From Minisyncoccia bacterium (GTDB lineage: Bacteria; Patescibacteriota; Minisyncoccia; Phycocordibacterales; CAIZLB01), in contig JBGSHK010000009.1 in assembly GCA_041752275.1 (NCBI GenBank), forward strand, positions 19,156-83,155: a stretch of 64,000 bases of DNA. The letters are read 5' to 3'. This document shows positions 56,919 through 64,000 of this stretch, in pieces (the first letter of the stretch is position 1; the number at the start of each line of letters is the position of its first letter). The notes under the pieces are model-generated. The model did no database searches. It was given only the letters and a program-made list of their open reading frames with translations, and was not told where the DNA came from. Position numbers and translations under genes: made by a program.

Positions 56919-57971
56919 TTATTTTTCAATAATTACATGATATTTACCTGAGGTATCTTTTTTGAAAACAGCAGAGTTTTGAAGATTTACTAAAATAGTG
57001 TTTTCTTTAACATATCTTTCCTTCATAACCTTATCAAATATCTCTTCTCTAGTCATTGGTCCATGCTTATTTATAACTTTAACTATAACATCTTTAACAA
57101 CACCTGAAACATAACCCCATTCAGATAATGCATATAGACCCCTACCCACTAAAACAAATCTATCATCTTTTATTAACTCATTGTGAGTTGTGGCCTCATG
57201 AGCTCTTTTGCCAAATACATTTTGTATAAGCTTAGCTATTTCTTTAAAGTGAACAGGAGAGCCGTGTTTTCTCATGGCCAGATATGCATAATCACGTATA
57301 CCCTTAACTTTAACATTTGTTGAAACAGTTTTACCCCATTCGCCTAAAGGGTTTTTATCTATATTTTTTGATATACGTAACCATCTTTTTGATATTTCTT
57401 CATCTTTTAATTCTTCTGAAATATCTTTTATGCTGTCCATAAAAGATTTAATCATTTCTGTTTCAGGTATCAAAGAATCGTCATCTAGATTTGTATATAG
57501 TTTTTTAAGAGCATCATGTATTTTATTGGATAAATCAGAATCAACATGCCATCTGTGATGAAATTCATCATTTTCTTTTTCTTTTTTAAACTGGTCTCCT
57601 ATTATCAATAAAAAATGATAATGATTTTGAGTAGATTCATCTTTTGATAAATTATTCAATAAATCATGCTCAGCTATTATACCTCCTATTTTTTTTACAT
57701 ATAAAGCAAGTTCTTCAAAAACCTTAGTCTCTTCTCTGAAAACTTGAGATTTTCTAATTGTAATTATAGAGTTAGCTTCTATTTGTCTTACTCTTTCACG
57801 TGTTATATTGTAATTTTCACCTATAGCTTCAAGTGTCATTTTTTCAATACTTTTATCCAAACCAAAACGATGAGATATTATAACTCTTGATCTTTCAGGT
57901 ATTGATGATAATAGTTTTTTAGTTACATTTTTTACTTTAAATGAAAATGTAGGTGTTGTGGTATTTGCCAT
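56919..57971 (-). CDS. Putative transcription-associated protein: sigma-70 region-4-like HTH (N-terminal) plus HARE-HTH / RNAP delta-like winged helix (C-terminal)
   Basis: N-terminus MTLEAIGENYNITRERVRQIEANSI resembles sigma-70 region 4.2. C-terminus HFKEIAKLIQNVFGK...DDRFVLVGRGLYALSEWGY resembles the HARE-HTH of RpoE/delta (FISLGENKWGLRSWY). Located between rpmJ-like and rpsM. Confidence 0.5.
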   Translation of the reverse strand: MANTTTPTFSFKVKNVTKKLLSSIPERSRVIISHRFGLDKSIEKMTLEAIGENYNITRERVRQIEANSIITIRKSQVFREETKVFEELALYVKKIGGIIAEHDLLNNLSKDESTQNHYHFLLIIGDQFKKEKENDEFHHRWHVDSDLSNKIHDALKKLYTNLDDDSLIPETEMIKSFMDSIKDISEELKDEEISKRWLRISKNIDKNPLGEWGKTVSTNVKVKGIRDYAYLAMRKHGSPVHFKEIAKLIQNVFGKRAHEATTHNELIKDDRFVLVGRGLYALSEWGYVSGVVKDVIVKVINKHGPMTREEIFDKVMKERYVKENTILVNLQNSAVFKKDTSGKYHVIIEK

Positions 57972-58155
57972 AATGTTCTTATATTTTTATCATGTTTGTT
58001 GATATAAGTCAAATAATGGTCAAGTGTCTTGTCAAGGACATGTTGTACTTAATGTCTTTTATATTAAAGGACAGGCTATATACAATAAGTGTCTTTTATA
58101 TAATATGAATATTTTTAAATAGATATATTAGTTTATAAAAAACAAAAACAAGGTT

Positions 58156-58278
58156 TTATCCTTGTTTTGCGTTTCTTTTGCGATTAGCTTTGTTTACACG
58201 GTATAGATGCTTGCCCCGGCGAACAAGAAACTCACCTTGACGAAGGTCTGCTTTTTTAAGTGAAGATAATAATTTCAT
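58156..58278 (-). CDS. rpmJ: Ribosomal protein bL36, zinc-independent (C-minus, YkgO-type) form; unannotated 40-aa ORF
   Basis: MKLLSSLKKADLRQGEFLVRRGKHLYRVNKANRKRNAKQG. Length and basic pattern match bL36 type B (compare MKVLSSLKSAK...RRRG..YVICK.NP..KQRQG), and it has no Cys. A hairpin AACAAGG-tttta-CCTTGTT overlaps the stop. Confidence 0.55.
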   Translation of the reverse strand: MKLLSSLKKADLRQGEFLVRRGKHLYRVNKANRKRNAKQG

Positions 58279-58341
58279 AATTCATACAATATAACACTAA
58301 TCAAATATTATTTCAAGTTATCTGTATAATATGGAATAAAA

Positions 58342-58824
58342 TTATCTAGTCACTATGATCTCTTGATCTGTATCAACTTCACTTCTAGCAACTACACTTA
58401 GCCTTCCATCTTCAGCAACTCTTAACTGATAACCTGTATCATAGTCATCTTCATTAACGTATTTAGCTGTTTCAGACTTTGGATCATAAGGTAGTTTTGG
58501 TAAATAGTCAGGAACTAAACATTCAGCTATATCAAAACTACTACCCTCTTCACCTGTTCTTATGGTAAGTGCTGACGCAGTTAGATTTCTTATTGAACCG
58601 TTACAAAAAAATTTACCCTCATGATCTGCTATGTTTTGACCTATTGCGTTTAACAATGTATTAACATTTGCAATTCTTTGAGAGTCTCTTGCTTGTTTAA
58701 ACTGACGACTAGGATTTACAGCTACCAATACAACAGTTGCCAAAATACCTATAATACCTATAACAACAAGTATTTCTATAAGTGTAAATCCTTTTTGATT
58801 TTTTATTTGATTTTGATTTTTCAT
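58342..58824 (-). CDS. Type IV pilin / pseudopilin (prepilin N-terminal methylation motif)
   Basis: KGFTLIEILVVIGIIGILATVV (G|F cleavage site, Glu+5, hydrophobic helix). Confidence 0.8.
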   Translation of the reverse strand: MKNQNQIKNQKGFTLIEILVVIGIIGILATVVLVAVNPSRQFKQARDSQRIANVNTLLNAIGQNIADHEGKFFCNGSIRNLTASALTIRTGEEGSSFDIAECLVPDYLPKLPYDPKSETAKYVNEDDYDTGYQLRVAEDGRLSVVARSEVDTDQEIIVTR

Positions 58825-58879
58825 ATGTTTTTTTATTTATATAATTAATTGATAATATAATTATGGTAAAACATCTGAT

Positions 58880-59296
58880 TTAAATTAAATTGAAAGATTT
58901 AATAAATTTAACAAATCCTTTTTCAAATATATATTCATAGGCAAAATCATCTATTATAAAGAAAATACCCTTAATGCTCTCATTTTCAAAATACAGCCGT
59001 ATGGAATAAACTTTACACAAATAATTGTCTTTATAGTATAGATTTCGATAGAAAATATACTCATTATTAATAAAATTTATATTATATTTAGCTTGAATAA
59101 TATTATTTATAAAAGCATCGGCACATAATATGTTCTCATTTAGAATTAATCTATTTTCGATAAAATCATTTTTTATATTTATATATTCAAAAACCCTTTC
59201 GGAACTTAAAGAAATCCAAGTTAAAAAAGTTAATGATATTCCTAATATAAAAAATAATGATATAAATCCGTTTTTTAGGTTGTTTTTATTTTTCAT
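58880..59296 (-). CDS. Hypothetical protein, possibly a degenerate pilin-like protein
   Basis: N-terminus KNGFISLFFILGISLTFLTWISL is weakly prepilin-like and lacks Glu+5. Confidence 0.3.
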   Translation of the reverse strand: MKNKNNLKNGFISLFFILGISLTFLTWISLSSERVFEYINIKNDFIENRLILNENILCADAFINNIIQAKYNINFINNEYIFYRNLYYKDNYLCKVYSIRLYFENESIKGIFFIIDDFAYEYIFEKGFVKFIKSFNLI

Positions 59297-59453
59297 AAAA
59301 AAATACTAGCAAAATGTATATTAAATTTTTATAAAGAAACAATAAATAAAATGTTATTATTTATATTAAACAATAACTATGTATTTTTATAAATATAAAT
59401 AAAATATAAAAGTATTGCTTTAACTTACAAATAGTAGTATATTACTATGTATT

Positions 59454-59526
59454 GGGCCCGTAGCTTAGTTGGTAGAGCGCCTCATTTGCACTGAGGAGGT
59501 CAGGAGTTCGAATCCCCTCGGGTCCA
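59454..59526 (+). tRNA. tRNA-Ala (anticodon TGC)
   Basis: GGGCCCGTAGCTTAGTTGGTAGAGCGCCTCATTTGCACTGAGGAGGTCAGGAGTTCGAATCCCCTCGGGTCCA has the G3:U70 Ala identity pair and anticodon loop TTTGCAC. CCA is not encoded. Confidence 0.85.
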
Positions 59527-59553
59527 CAAGCTTATTATGATTTGAGTTTATAA

Positions 59554-59629
59554 CCGCCTATAGCTCAGTTGGTAGAGCAGTCGCCTCTTAAGCGAACGGT
59601 CATAGGTTCAAATCCTATTAGGCGGACCA
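59554..59629 (+). tRNA. tRNA-Lys (anticodon CTT)
   Basis: CCGCCTATAGCTCAGTTGGTAGAGCAGTCGCCTCTTAAGCGAACGGTCATAGGTTCAAATCCTATTAGGCGGACCA with anticodon loop CTCTTAA and encoded CCA. Confidence 0.85.
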
Positions 59630-59641
59630 GTTATGAAAATT

Positions 59642-59726
59642 GGGCAAGTGGCGGAATTGGTATACGCGCTAGTCTTAGGAACTAGTTCTTCACGGATTGA
59701 GGGTTCGAGTCCCTCCTTGCCCACCG
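59642..59726 (+). tRNA. tRNA-Leu (anticodon TAG)
   Basis: GGGCAAGTGGCGGAATTGGTATACGCGCTAGTCTTAGGAACTAGTTCTTCACGGATTGAGGGTTCGAGTCCCTCCTTGCCCACC has a long variable arm and anticodon loop CTTAGGA. Confidence 0.85.
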
Positions 59727-59759
59727 TAAAAAATACAGAGTTTATCTCTGTATTTTTTG
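59727..59759 (+). terminator. Intrinsic terminator after the tRNA cluster
   Basis: ATACAGAG-tttat-CTCTGTAT followed by T6. Confidence 0.7.
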
Positions 59760-59769
59760 TTGGGCAAGA

Positions 59770-59880
59770 GAAACTGCCAGACGGCAGTTTCGTGATGGAC
59801 CCGAAAGGGTTCTCCTATATTTTTGAACAGCTATAAGCTGTGAGAAAATAGGAAACCCCTACTGGTCCTGTAAGGACCGA
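59770..59880 (+). ncRNA. Candidate structured RNA region (series of perfect hairpins)
   Basis: GAAACTGCC-aga-GGCAGTTTC, ACCC-GAAA-GGGT (GNRA loop), CAGCT-ata-AGCTG, GGTCCT-gta-AGGACC. GC-rich for this genome. Overlapping ORFs 59633..59836 and 59831..60160 look spurious. Confidence 0.25.
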
Positions 59881-60027
59881 GTCTATATATAAAACCCTTA
59901 TTTCTCTTCTGCCCTACCCCTTGCTTTTTTACATAAAACATGATACAATATATAAGTAAATACCCTTTTTCAAAGCAGAAATAGGGATGAAATTTAAATA
60001 CAAAAAAAACAATAAAAAAAAGAAAAT

Positions 60028-61071
60028 ATGAGTGCAGATCCAGATGTTTTAAGAGAAATGTATAAGGCAGATATGATAAGAGGAGAATTCTATAAATGGC
60101 TATTATTCCTCTTGTATCACACAGTGGTTTATGGAGGAATATGGTTATTAACCATAACATTCATAAGCCCAGCCTTTACAACGGAGTGGATTATCGGATT
60201 AAATTGGTTAAGTATCGGATTAAATTGGCTACGTAATACAATCATAGTCATAGCTCAAGTGACACTCTTAGGAGTTTTTACTCATTCAATCTTGTCATGT
60301 TTTTCAGCGAAAAAACTTACCAAGACACAAATGGGTCAATGGTCTTTATCTGAATGGATGCCGACATGGGGCAGAAATCAGAAGAACTCATGGTATGGTC
60401 TTTTCTTAGGACTACCTGATTGGCTAGTAAAAGTACAAGCCATTGAATCTGTATCAACAGTCATCACCGACAAAAAAGAGATACAGGTGGAGGAAGCTGG
60501 AAACACAGATGGGCGTAAGTTTGCTGCTGTTTTTGAGTTTTCTTTTCAATACAATGTGATGGATACCTTAGAACACATAAGGAGACCCAATTCAGACAAG
60601 GACTTAGTAAACCTAGTTATCACTTATTTGACAGAATGGTTAAATGACAGCAATCACAATTATGAAAACATTCTAAGACTGAAAGCTAAAAAAGTGGAAA
60701 TTCAAGAATGGATTATTGACCAGCTTTTAGTTTCAATTTCTATGTTTGGTGATGAAATCATTAATTTCAGAATTATTGACATTGAGGTCCCTCAAATTCA
60801 AATTGATCAACAAAACAGAGACGCAGCTGCATTGGCTGCTCAAAAAGCTGTGGATGAGAGGGAGAGACTAAATATTGAAAATCAAGTCAAAAAAATGTTA
60901 GATTTTGGTAAAAACAGAAAAGAAATAATGGCAGAACTTAGTATAGACGAAGCTGCTTTCAACAATATTTTTGAACAAATTGAGAGAGTAGAAGGTAGAA
61001 CTAGATCAAATTTGAACAGGAACGAAGGAAGAGGTCGTCCACCTTTATTTGGTGGAGGTGGCCCAGACTAG
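60028..61071 (+). CDS. Membrane protein with possible SPFH/band-7-like C-terminal region
   Basis: Two N-terminal TM helices and an in-frame 21-bp tandem repeat (IGLNWLS/IGLNWLR at 60193-60234). C-terminus ...NFRIIDIEVPQIQIDQQNRDAAALAAQKAVDERERLNIENQ resembles the SPFH coiled region, and the protein ends Gly/Arg-rich. Confidence 0.3.
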   Translation: MSADPDVLREMYKADMIRGEFYKWLLFLLYHTVVYGGIWLLTITFISPAFTTEWIIGLNWLSIGLNWLRNTIIVIAQVTLLGVFTHSILSCFSAKKLTKTQMGQWSLSEWMPTWGRNQKNSWYGLFLGLPDWLVKVQAIESVSTVITDKKEIQVEEAGNTDGRKFAAVFEFSFQYNVMDTLEHIRRPNSDKDLVNLVITYLTEWLNDSNHNYENILRLKAKKVEIQEWIIDQLLVSISMFGDEIINFRIIDIEVPQIQIDQQNRDAAALAAQKAVDERERLNIENQVKKMLDFGKNRKEIMAELSIDEAAFNNIFEQIERVEGRTRSNLNRNEGRGRPPLFGGGGPD

Positions 61072-61091
61072 TTTTTTAAACCTTTAACAAC

Positions 61092-61127
61092 CCACAGACT
61101 CGTTCAATCCGAGCCTGTGGTTTTTTT
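61092..61127 (+). terminator. Intrinsic terminator
   Basis: CCACAG-ACTCG...CGAG-CTGTGG followed by T7. Confidence 0.65.
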
Positions 61128-61190
61128 ATTTAAGGTATTGACATATAGCTATATATTATGCTATAATATGTAAGTCAAACATTTAAATAT

Positions 61191-61673
61191 ATGATAAAAA
61201 CACTTGTTATTGTAGCTGTGTCCGTAATTGGTTTATTTGTGTTTGGAGCTAAGCAATGCTCATCAGACTCAAATAATCAAAAGAAAACCATAGTGGTTAA
61301 AGAAATTCAAACCCCTGCTCCACAACCAAATCCCGGTTGGAAAAAAATAGGTATTGAAAATGGATACACTATGTATGAACCTTCAAACCAAGACTTTACT
61401 ACCGAATGGTTTTGCGTTCAGGACTGGAATTCTACTTATGCTATAAGAGATTGCATTATGCAATTCAAAAAGCAAAACGGAGATATTGTCTCTTTTAAGT
61501 ATAATTGCGATACACGTGAATGTTTTTTGGAGACATCACTAGGATCTGGCATATTCGCAACGGAACCATGGACTGGCTATAATGAAACAGGTTTAATATC
61601 AACCCATGTTCGCTTTATAAAAACAACAGATCCATTCAATGTCACAGTTGGAGTCAAAAAACTCTCACCATAA
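61191..61673 (+). CDS. Hypothetical secreted protein or lipoprotein
   Basis: Signal peptide MIKTLVIVAVSVIGLFVFGAKQC, several Cys in the mature part. Confidence 0.4.
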   Translation: MIKTLVIVAVSVIGLFVFGAKQCSSDSNNQKKTIVVKEIQTPAPQPNPGWKKIGIENGYTMYEPSNQDFTTEWFCVQDWNSTYAIRDCIMQFKKQNGDIVSFKYNCDTRECFLETSLGSGIFATEPWTGYNETGLISTHVRFIKTTDPFNVTVGVKKLSP

Positions 61674-61719
61674 CAAATCAAATCGCCGCCATCTCTACCC
61701 AGAGCTTGGCGGTATTTTT

Positions 61720-62013
61720 CTACTCTATATTTAAAACTCTGTTAACATTGTCTCTACTTCTTTCACTCACAGGAACTGTATTTAATATAAATCTAAAAAA
61801 ACCAAAAACAGACACCATAACAAACATACCAAAAAGTCCCCAACCCATATGAAGTCTTCCCTCTTTCATCTTTGCCGGATCAGACTTTGATTTCCATATA
61901 TATTCAAAAACACCGTACATAAAATACAGTAAAGCTACTCCAAAAAGTAATGCTATTATTGGATTTATTATGATTTCATTTATTTTAGATAAAATACTAT
62001 AGGCTTTTTGCAT
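61720..62013 (-). CDS. Small two-TM membrane protein, paralog P1 (lacks signal peptide)
   Basis: Shares motif ...WGLFGMFVMVSVFGFF with P2 and P3 (WGIVxLFVMVSVWGLVN). Confidence 0.4.
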   Translation of the reverse strand: MQKAYSILSKINEIIINPIIALLFGVALLYFMYGVFEYIWKSKSDPAKMKEGRLHMGWGLFGMFVMVSVFGFFRFILNTVPVSERSRDNVNRVLNIE

Positions 62014-62050
62014 AAACTAATTATATAATGAATTTCAACTCGAAGCAAAA

Positions 62051-62081
62051 AATAGTTAATAAAAAACTAAGGCCGAAAACC
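62051..62081. terminator. Bidirectional intrinsic terminator
   Basis: aaaaaa-CTAAGG-ccgaaaa-CCTTAG-tttttt. Confidence 0.6.
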
Positions 62082-62114
62082 TTAGTTTTTTAATTTTACA
62101 AAATATGATGTGTA

Positions 62115-62507
62115 CTATCTTGCATTAGGAGTTGCAAAAGGAGCGTTTTGAACAGGCACAGCAGGTGCTGCAGGAATATTATCATTGTCTAGATTAAAAG
62201 TTCCTCTTAAAACGTTTACAAGTCCCCAAACAGATACCATAACAAAAAGCGCAACTATACCCCACAATATATAGTTTCCAGCTTCTTTTTTATCAGCAGC
62301 ATCACCTCCCCAGAAAAATCTTCTTACTATACCAAACAAAAACAAAACTAGAGCTGCAAGTATAAGTAGAGGTAAAGCTCTTCCTGATATATATATAAGC
62401 CAGTTAAGTATGCCGTCTATACTTCTTGCAGCGTTGTTAGCAGGGGCGTTGTTAGCAAACAAAACCATAGGTGATATTAGTATTAATAATGATAGTATTT
62501 TTTTCAT
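62115..62507 (-). CDS. Small secreted two-TM protein, paralog P2 (VirB2/TrbC-like pilin candidate)
   Basis: Signal peptide MKKILSLLILISPMVLFA, TM1 LPLLILAALVLFLFGIV, short charged loop, TM2 ILWGIVALFVMVSVWGLVNVL. Confidence 0.45.
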   Translation of the reverse strand: MKKILSLLILISPMVLFANNAPANNAARSIDGILNWLIYISGRALPLLILAALVLFLFGIVRRFFWGGDAADKKEAGNYILWGIVALFVMVSVWGLVNVLRGTFNLDNDNIPAAPAVPVQNAPFATPNAR

Positions 62508-62557
62508 TTTATTTAAATTATTTTATTTTTTTAATTTTTAATTATGTACTTATTATA

Positions 62558-63073
62558 CTACTTAAACTGAGGTATAATCAAGGGTCCATTACCAAATAAA
62601 GAAACTTTTAATATATTTACCAGTCCCCAAACTGATACCATAACAAACAAAGATACTATACCCCAGAACATAAACTTGCGAGCTTGTTCACGAGACTCTG
62701 GTTTTAAACCATCAACAAATGCAAGTTTAAATATTCCATATAAAAATACAACTAAAGATGCACCTAGTATTAGATATATAAGTTGATTCATAATACCTGC
62801 AAGCCAAGCAACTAAACCCGCAAGAGAAACTTTTGGTACACTACTGTTAGATGATGAAAATGGAGATGATCTGTTTAACTCAGATCCGGAAACACTGTTT
62901 TGACTACCTAAACCTGTACTTATAGCACCATCACCAGATCCAGGCATTATATTACCAGGATTTGTACCACTTTGATTTATATTACCAGGATTTGTCCCTC
63001 TAGGACTAATAGGATCAGCGGCAAAAGTAATTACACTTATCAACAGCAAGGTTATTACAAATATTTTTTTCAT
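62558..63073 (-). CDS. Small secreted two-TM protein, paralog P3 with repeat-containing Gly/Ser/Asn-rich variable region
   Basis: Signal peptide, internal GTNPGNI repeat (DNA repeat attaccaggatttgt at 62950 and 62980), TM1 LIYLILGASLVVFLYGIF, TM2 FWGIVSLFVMVSVWGLVNIL. Confidence 0.45.
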   Translation of the reverse strand: MKKIFVITLLLISVITFAADPISPRGTNPGNINQSGTNPGNIMPGSGDGAISTGLGSQNSVSGSELNRSSPFSSSNSSVPKVSLAGLVAWLAGIMNQLIYLILGASLVVFLYGIFKLAFVDGLKPESREQARKFMFWGIVSLFVMVSVWGLVNILKVSLFGNGPLIIPQFK

Positions 63074-63103
63074 ATTATTTTGATTTAAATTATTATTTAT
63101 ATA

Positions 63104-63451
63104 TTATTGTCCTTTAAAAACTTCTTTAACTGTGTCCCCTATACCTAAAGCCAAAACCTCAGCAGTAAGTATAAGTGCAGCACCTACCAAGCCCCACAGT
63201 AGTGCATTTCTAGCATCCCCTATTTTTTTCGGATCACCTTTGGCTGTAACAAACATAAAACCTGCATATATAAGATAAAGTGTTGTTATCATTATAACTA
63301 TGGTTTGTGCTATATCTAAAACATTCATAAAAACTGTTCTCAGGTCGGTACCTTCACCAAGAGGTGGTTTTATTGGTGCACTTACTGCATATATTGCAAC
63401 ACTTTTAAGTGAAGTTATTAAAGTTGCGATTATTATTGCTATTTTTTTCAT
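63104..63451 (-). CDS. Small secreted two-TM protein, paralog P4 (second subfamily)
   Basis: Signal peptide MKKIAIIIATLITSLKSVA, TM1 IVIMITTLYLIYAGFMFV, loop TAKGDPKK, TM2 LLWGLVGAALILTAEVLAL. This topology is typical of VirB2/TrbC pilins. Confidence 0.45.
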   Translation of the reverse strand: MKKIAIIIATLITSLKSVAIYAVSAPIKPPLGEGTDLRTVFMNVLDIAQTIVIMITTLYLIYAGFMFVTAKGDPKKIGDARNALLWGLVGAALILTAEVLALGIGDTVKEVFKGQ

Positions 63452-63476
63452 TTTTTTATTATTTTATATATTTATT

Positions 63477-63800
63477 CTATATAATAGTATCTCTTCTAAA
63501 TTCTTCAGAAACACCTAAGCTGTCTAACATAAACTCAACTATATAATAAGCTCCAACAAGTAATATCATACCTATAACTATGCCTATAAATATTTTTCTA
63601 ACTTGTGTTCTTGCATCAGCTGAACCTTGTTTAGTTACAAGTATATAGCCAGCATAAAAAATCATCAGAGTTGCAATAAAAAATCCTAGGAGAATCATGT
63701 TTTGAAGCAACTCGGTTATTATAGGATTTAAATCTGACCAACCACATCCTCCACCTAATTTGTCTTCAAAACATTTTGATAAACTTGAAAATAATTCCAT
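63477..63800 (-). CDS. Small two-TM protein, paralog P5 (second subfamily)
   Basis: MILLGFFIATLMIFYAGYILVTKQGSADARTQVRKIFIGIVIGMILLVGAYYIV has the same helix-loop-helix layout as P4. Confidence 0.4.
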   Translation of the reverse strand: MELFSSLSKCFEDKLGGGCGWSDLNPIITELLQNMILLGFFIATLMIFYAGYILVTKQGSADARTQVRKIFIGIVIGMILLVGAYYIVEFMLDSLGVSEEFRRDTII

Positions 63801-63817
63801 ATGTTTATAATATCATA

Positions 63818-64000
63818 TTATCTTATTAAATATAATTTATCTAATCTTTCGGATGCATCACTTATTGCATCAGAAAGATTTTGAGTACCATTTACTATAG
63901 AATTTACCATGTTTGAAAATATAATATCAGTAGAAGCAAAATCTGGATCTAACCATGTTTTTGCATATATAGCTGAATTGTTTATAACAGCCGCGTCAGC
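63818..64000 (-). CDS. 3' end of a gene continuing beyond the window (partial)
   Basis: Open frame on the minus strand from the window edge to a TAA at 63818-63820 (...TQNLSDAISDASERLDKLYLIR*); function unknown. Confidence 0.3.
   Translation of the reverse strand, partial: ADAAVINNSAIYAKTWLDPDFASTDIIFSNMVNSIVNGTQNLSDAISDASERLDKLYLIR

Noticed and set aside
1-64000. Alternative genetic code (UGA as Gly, as in Gracilibacteria/SR1), given the CPR-like gene content.
   Set aside because: Long conserved genes (dnaK, topA, alaS, asnB) are uninterrupted under the standard code and end at sensible positions. No in-frame TGA read-through is needed.

Overview
This is a 64 kb chromosomal window from a very AT-rich (~30% GC), small-genome bacterium using the standard genetic code; long ORFs are unbroken, so UGA is not a sense codon. 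Gene content and style point to a CPR/Patescibacteria-like organism: a short AlaRS without the C-Ala domain, an archaeal-type ProRS, many Lys/Ile/Asn-rich hypothetical membrane proteins, competence genes (dprA, type IV pilins, BdbC/BdbD-like) and no obvious biosynthesis. Housekeeping content: ychF, cysS, dnaB, recR, rplU, dnaJ, infA, proS, alaS, pepF, xth, serS, dprA, topA, parB, asnB, dnaK-grpE, an rpsM-rpsK-rpsD-rpoA-rplQ-rplM-rpsI cluster, and three tRNAs (Ala, Lys, Leu) plus one tRNA-Glu. Accessory or unusual content found by reading the sequence: (1) a tRNA-Glu-adjacent island carrying an in-frame fusion of a complete LexA (DNA-binding plus S24 autopeptidase) to a Dcm-type C5 cytosine methyltransferase, convergent with a putative restriction endonuclease and an unknown 341-aa protein; (2) two ~0.5-kb direct repeats, each encoding a MazF/PemK/EndoA-like toxin paralog, flanking dnaK-grpE and a TauE/SafE gene fragment; (3) a tandem array of five paralogous small secreted two-TM proteins (possibly VirB2/TrbC-like) with repeat-containing variable regions, at the window end; (4) a protein combining a sigma-70 region-4-like HTH with a HARE-HTH (RNAP delta-like) domain, inserted between a zinc-free rpmJ and rpsM in the conserved rpoA operon; (5) a Fur/Zur-family locus with repeated palindromic operator sites, an unannotated 32-aa Cys-rich peptide, a CooC/MinD-family P-loop ATPase and a ZIP transporter; (6) several candidate small or structured RNAs and clear intrinsic terminators. 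No CRISPR array, rRNA or recognisable transposase was seen.
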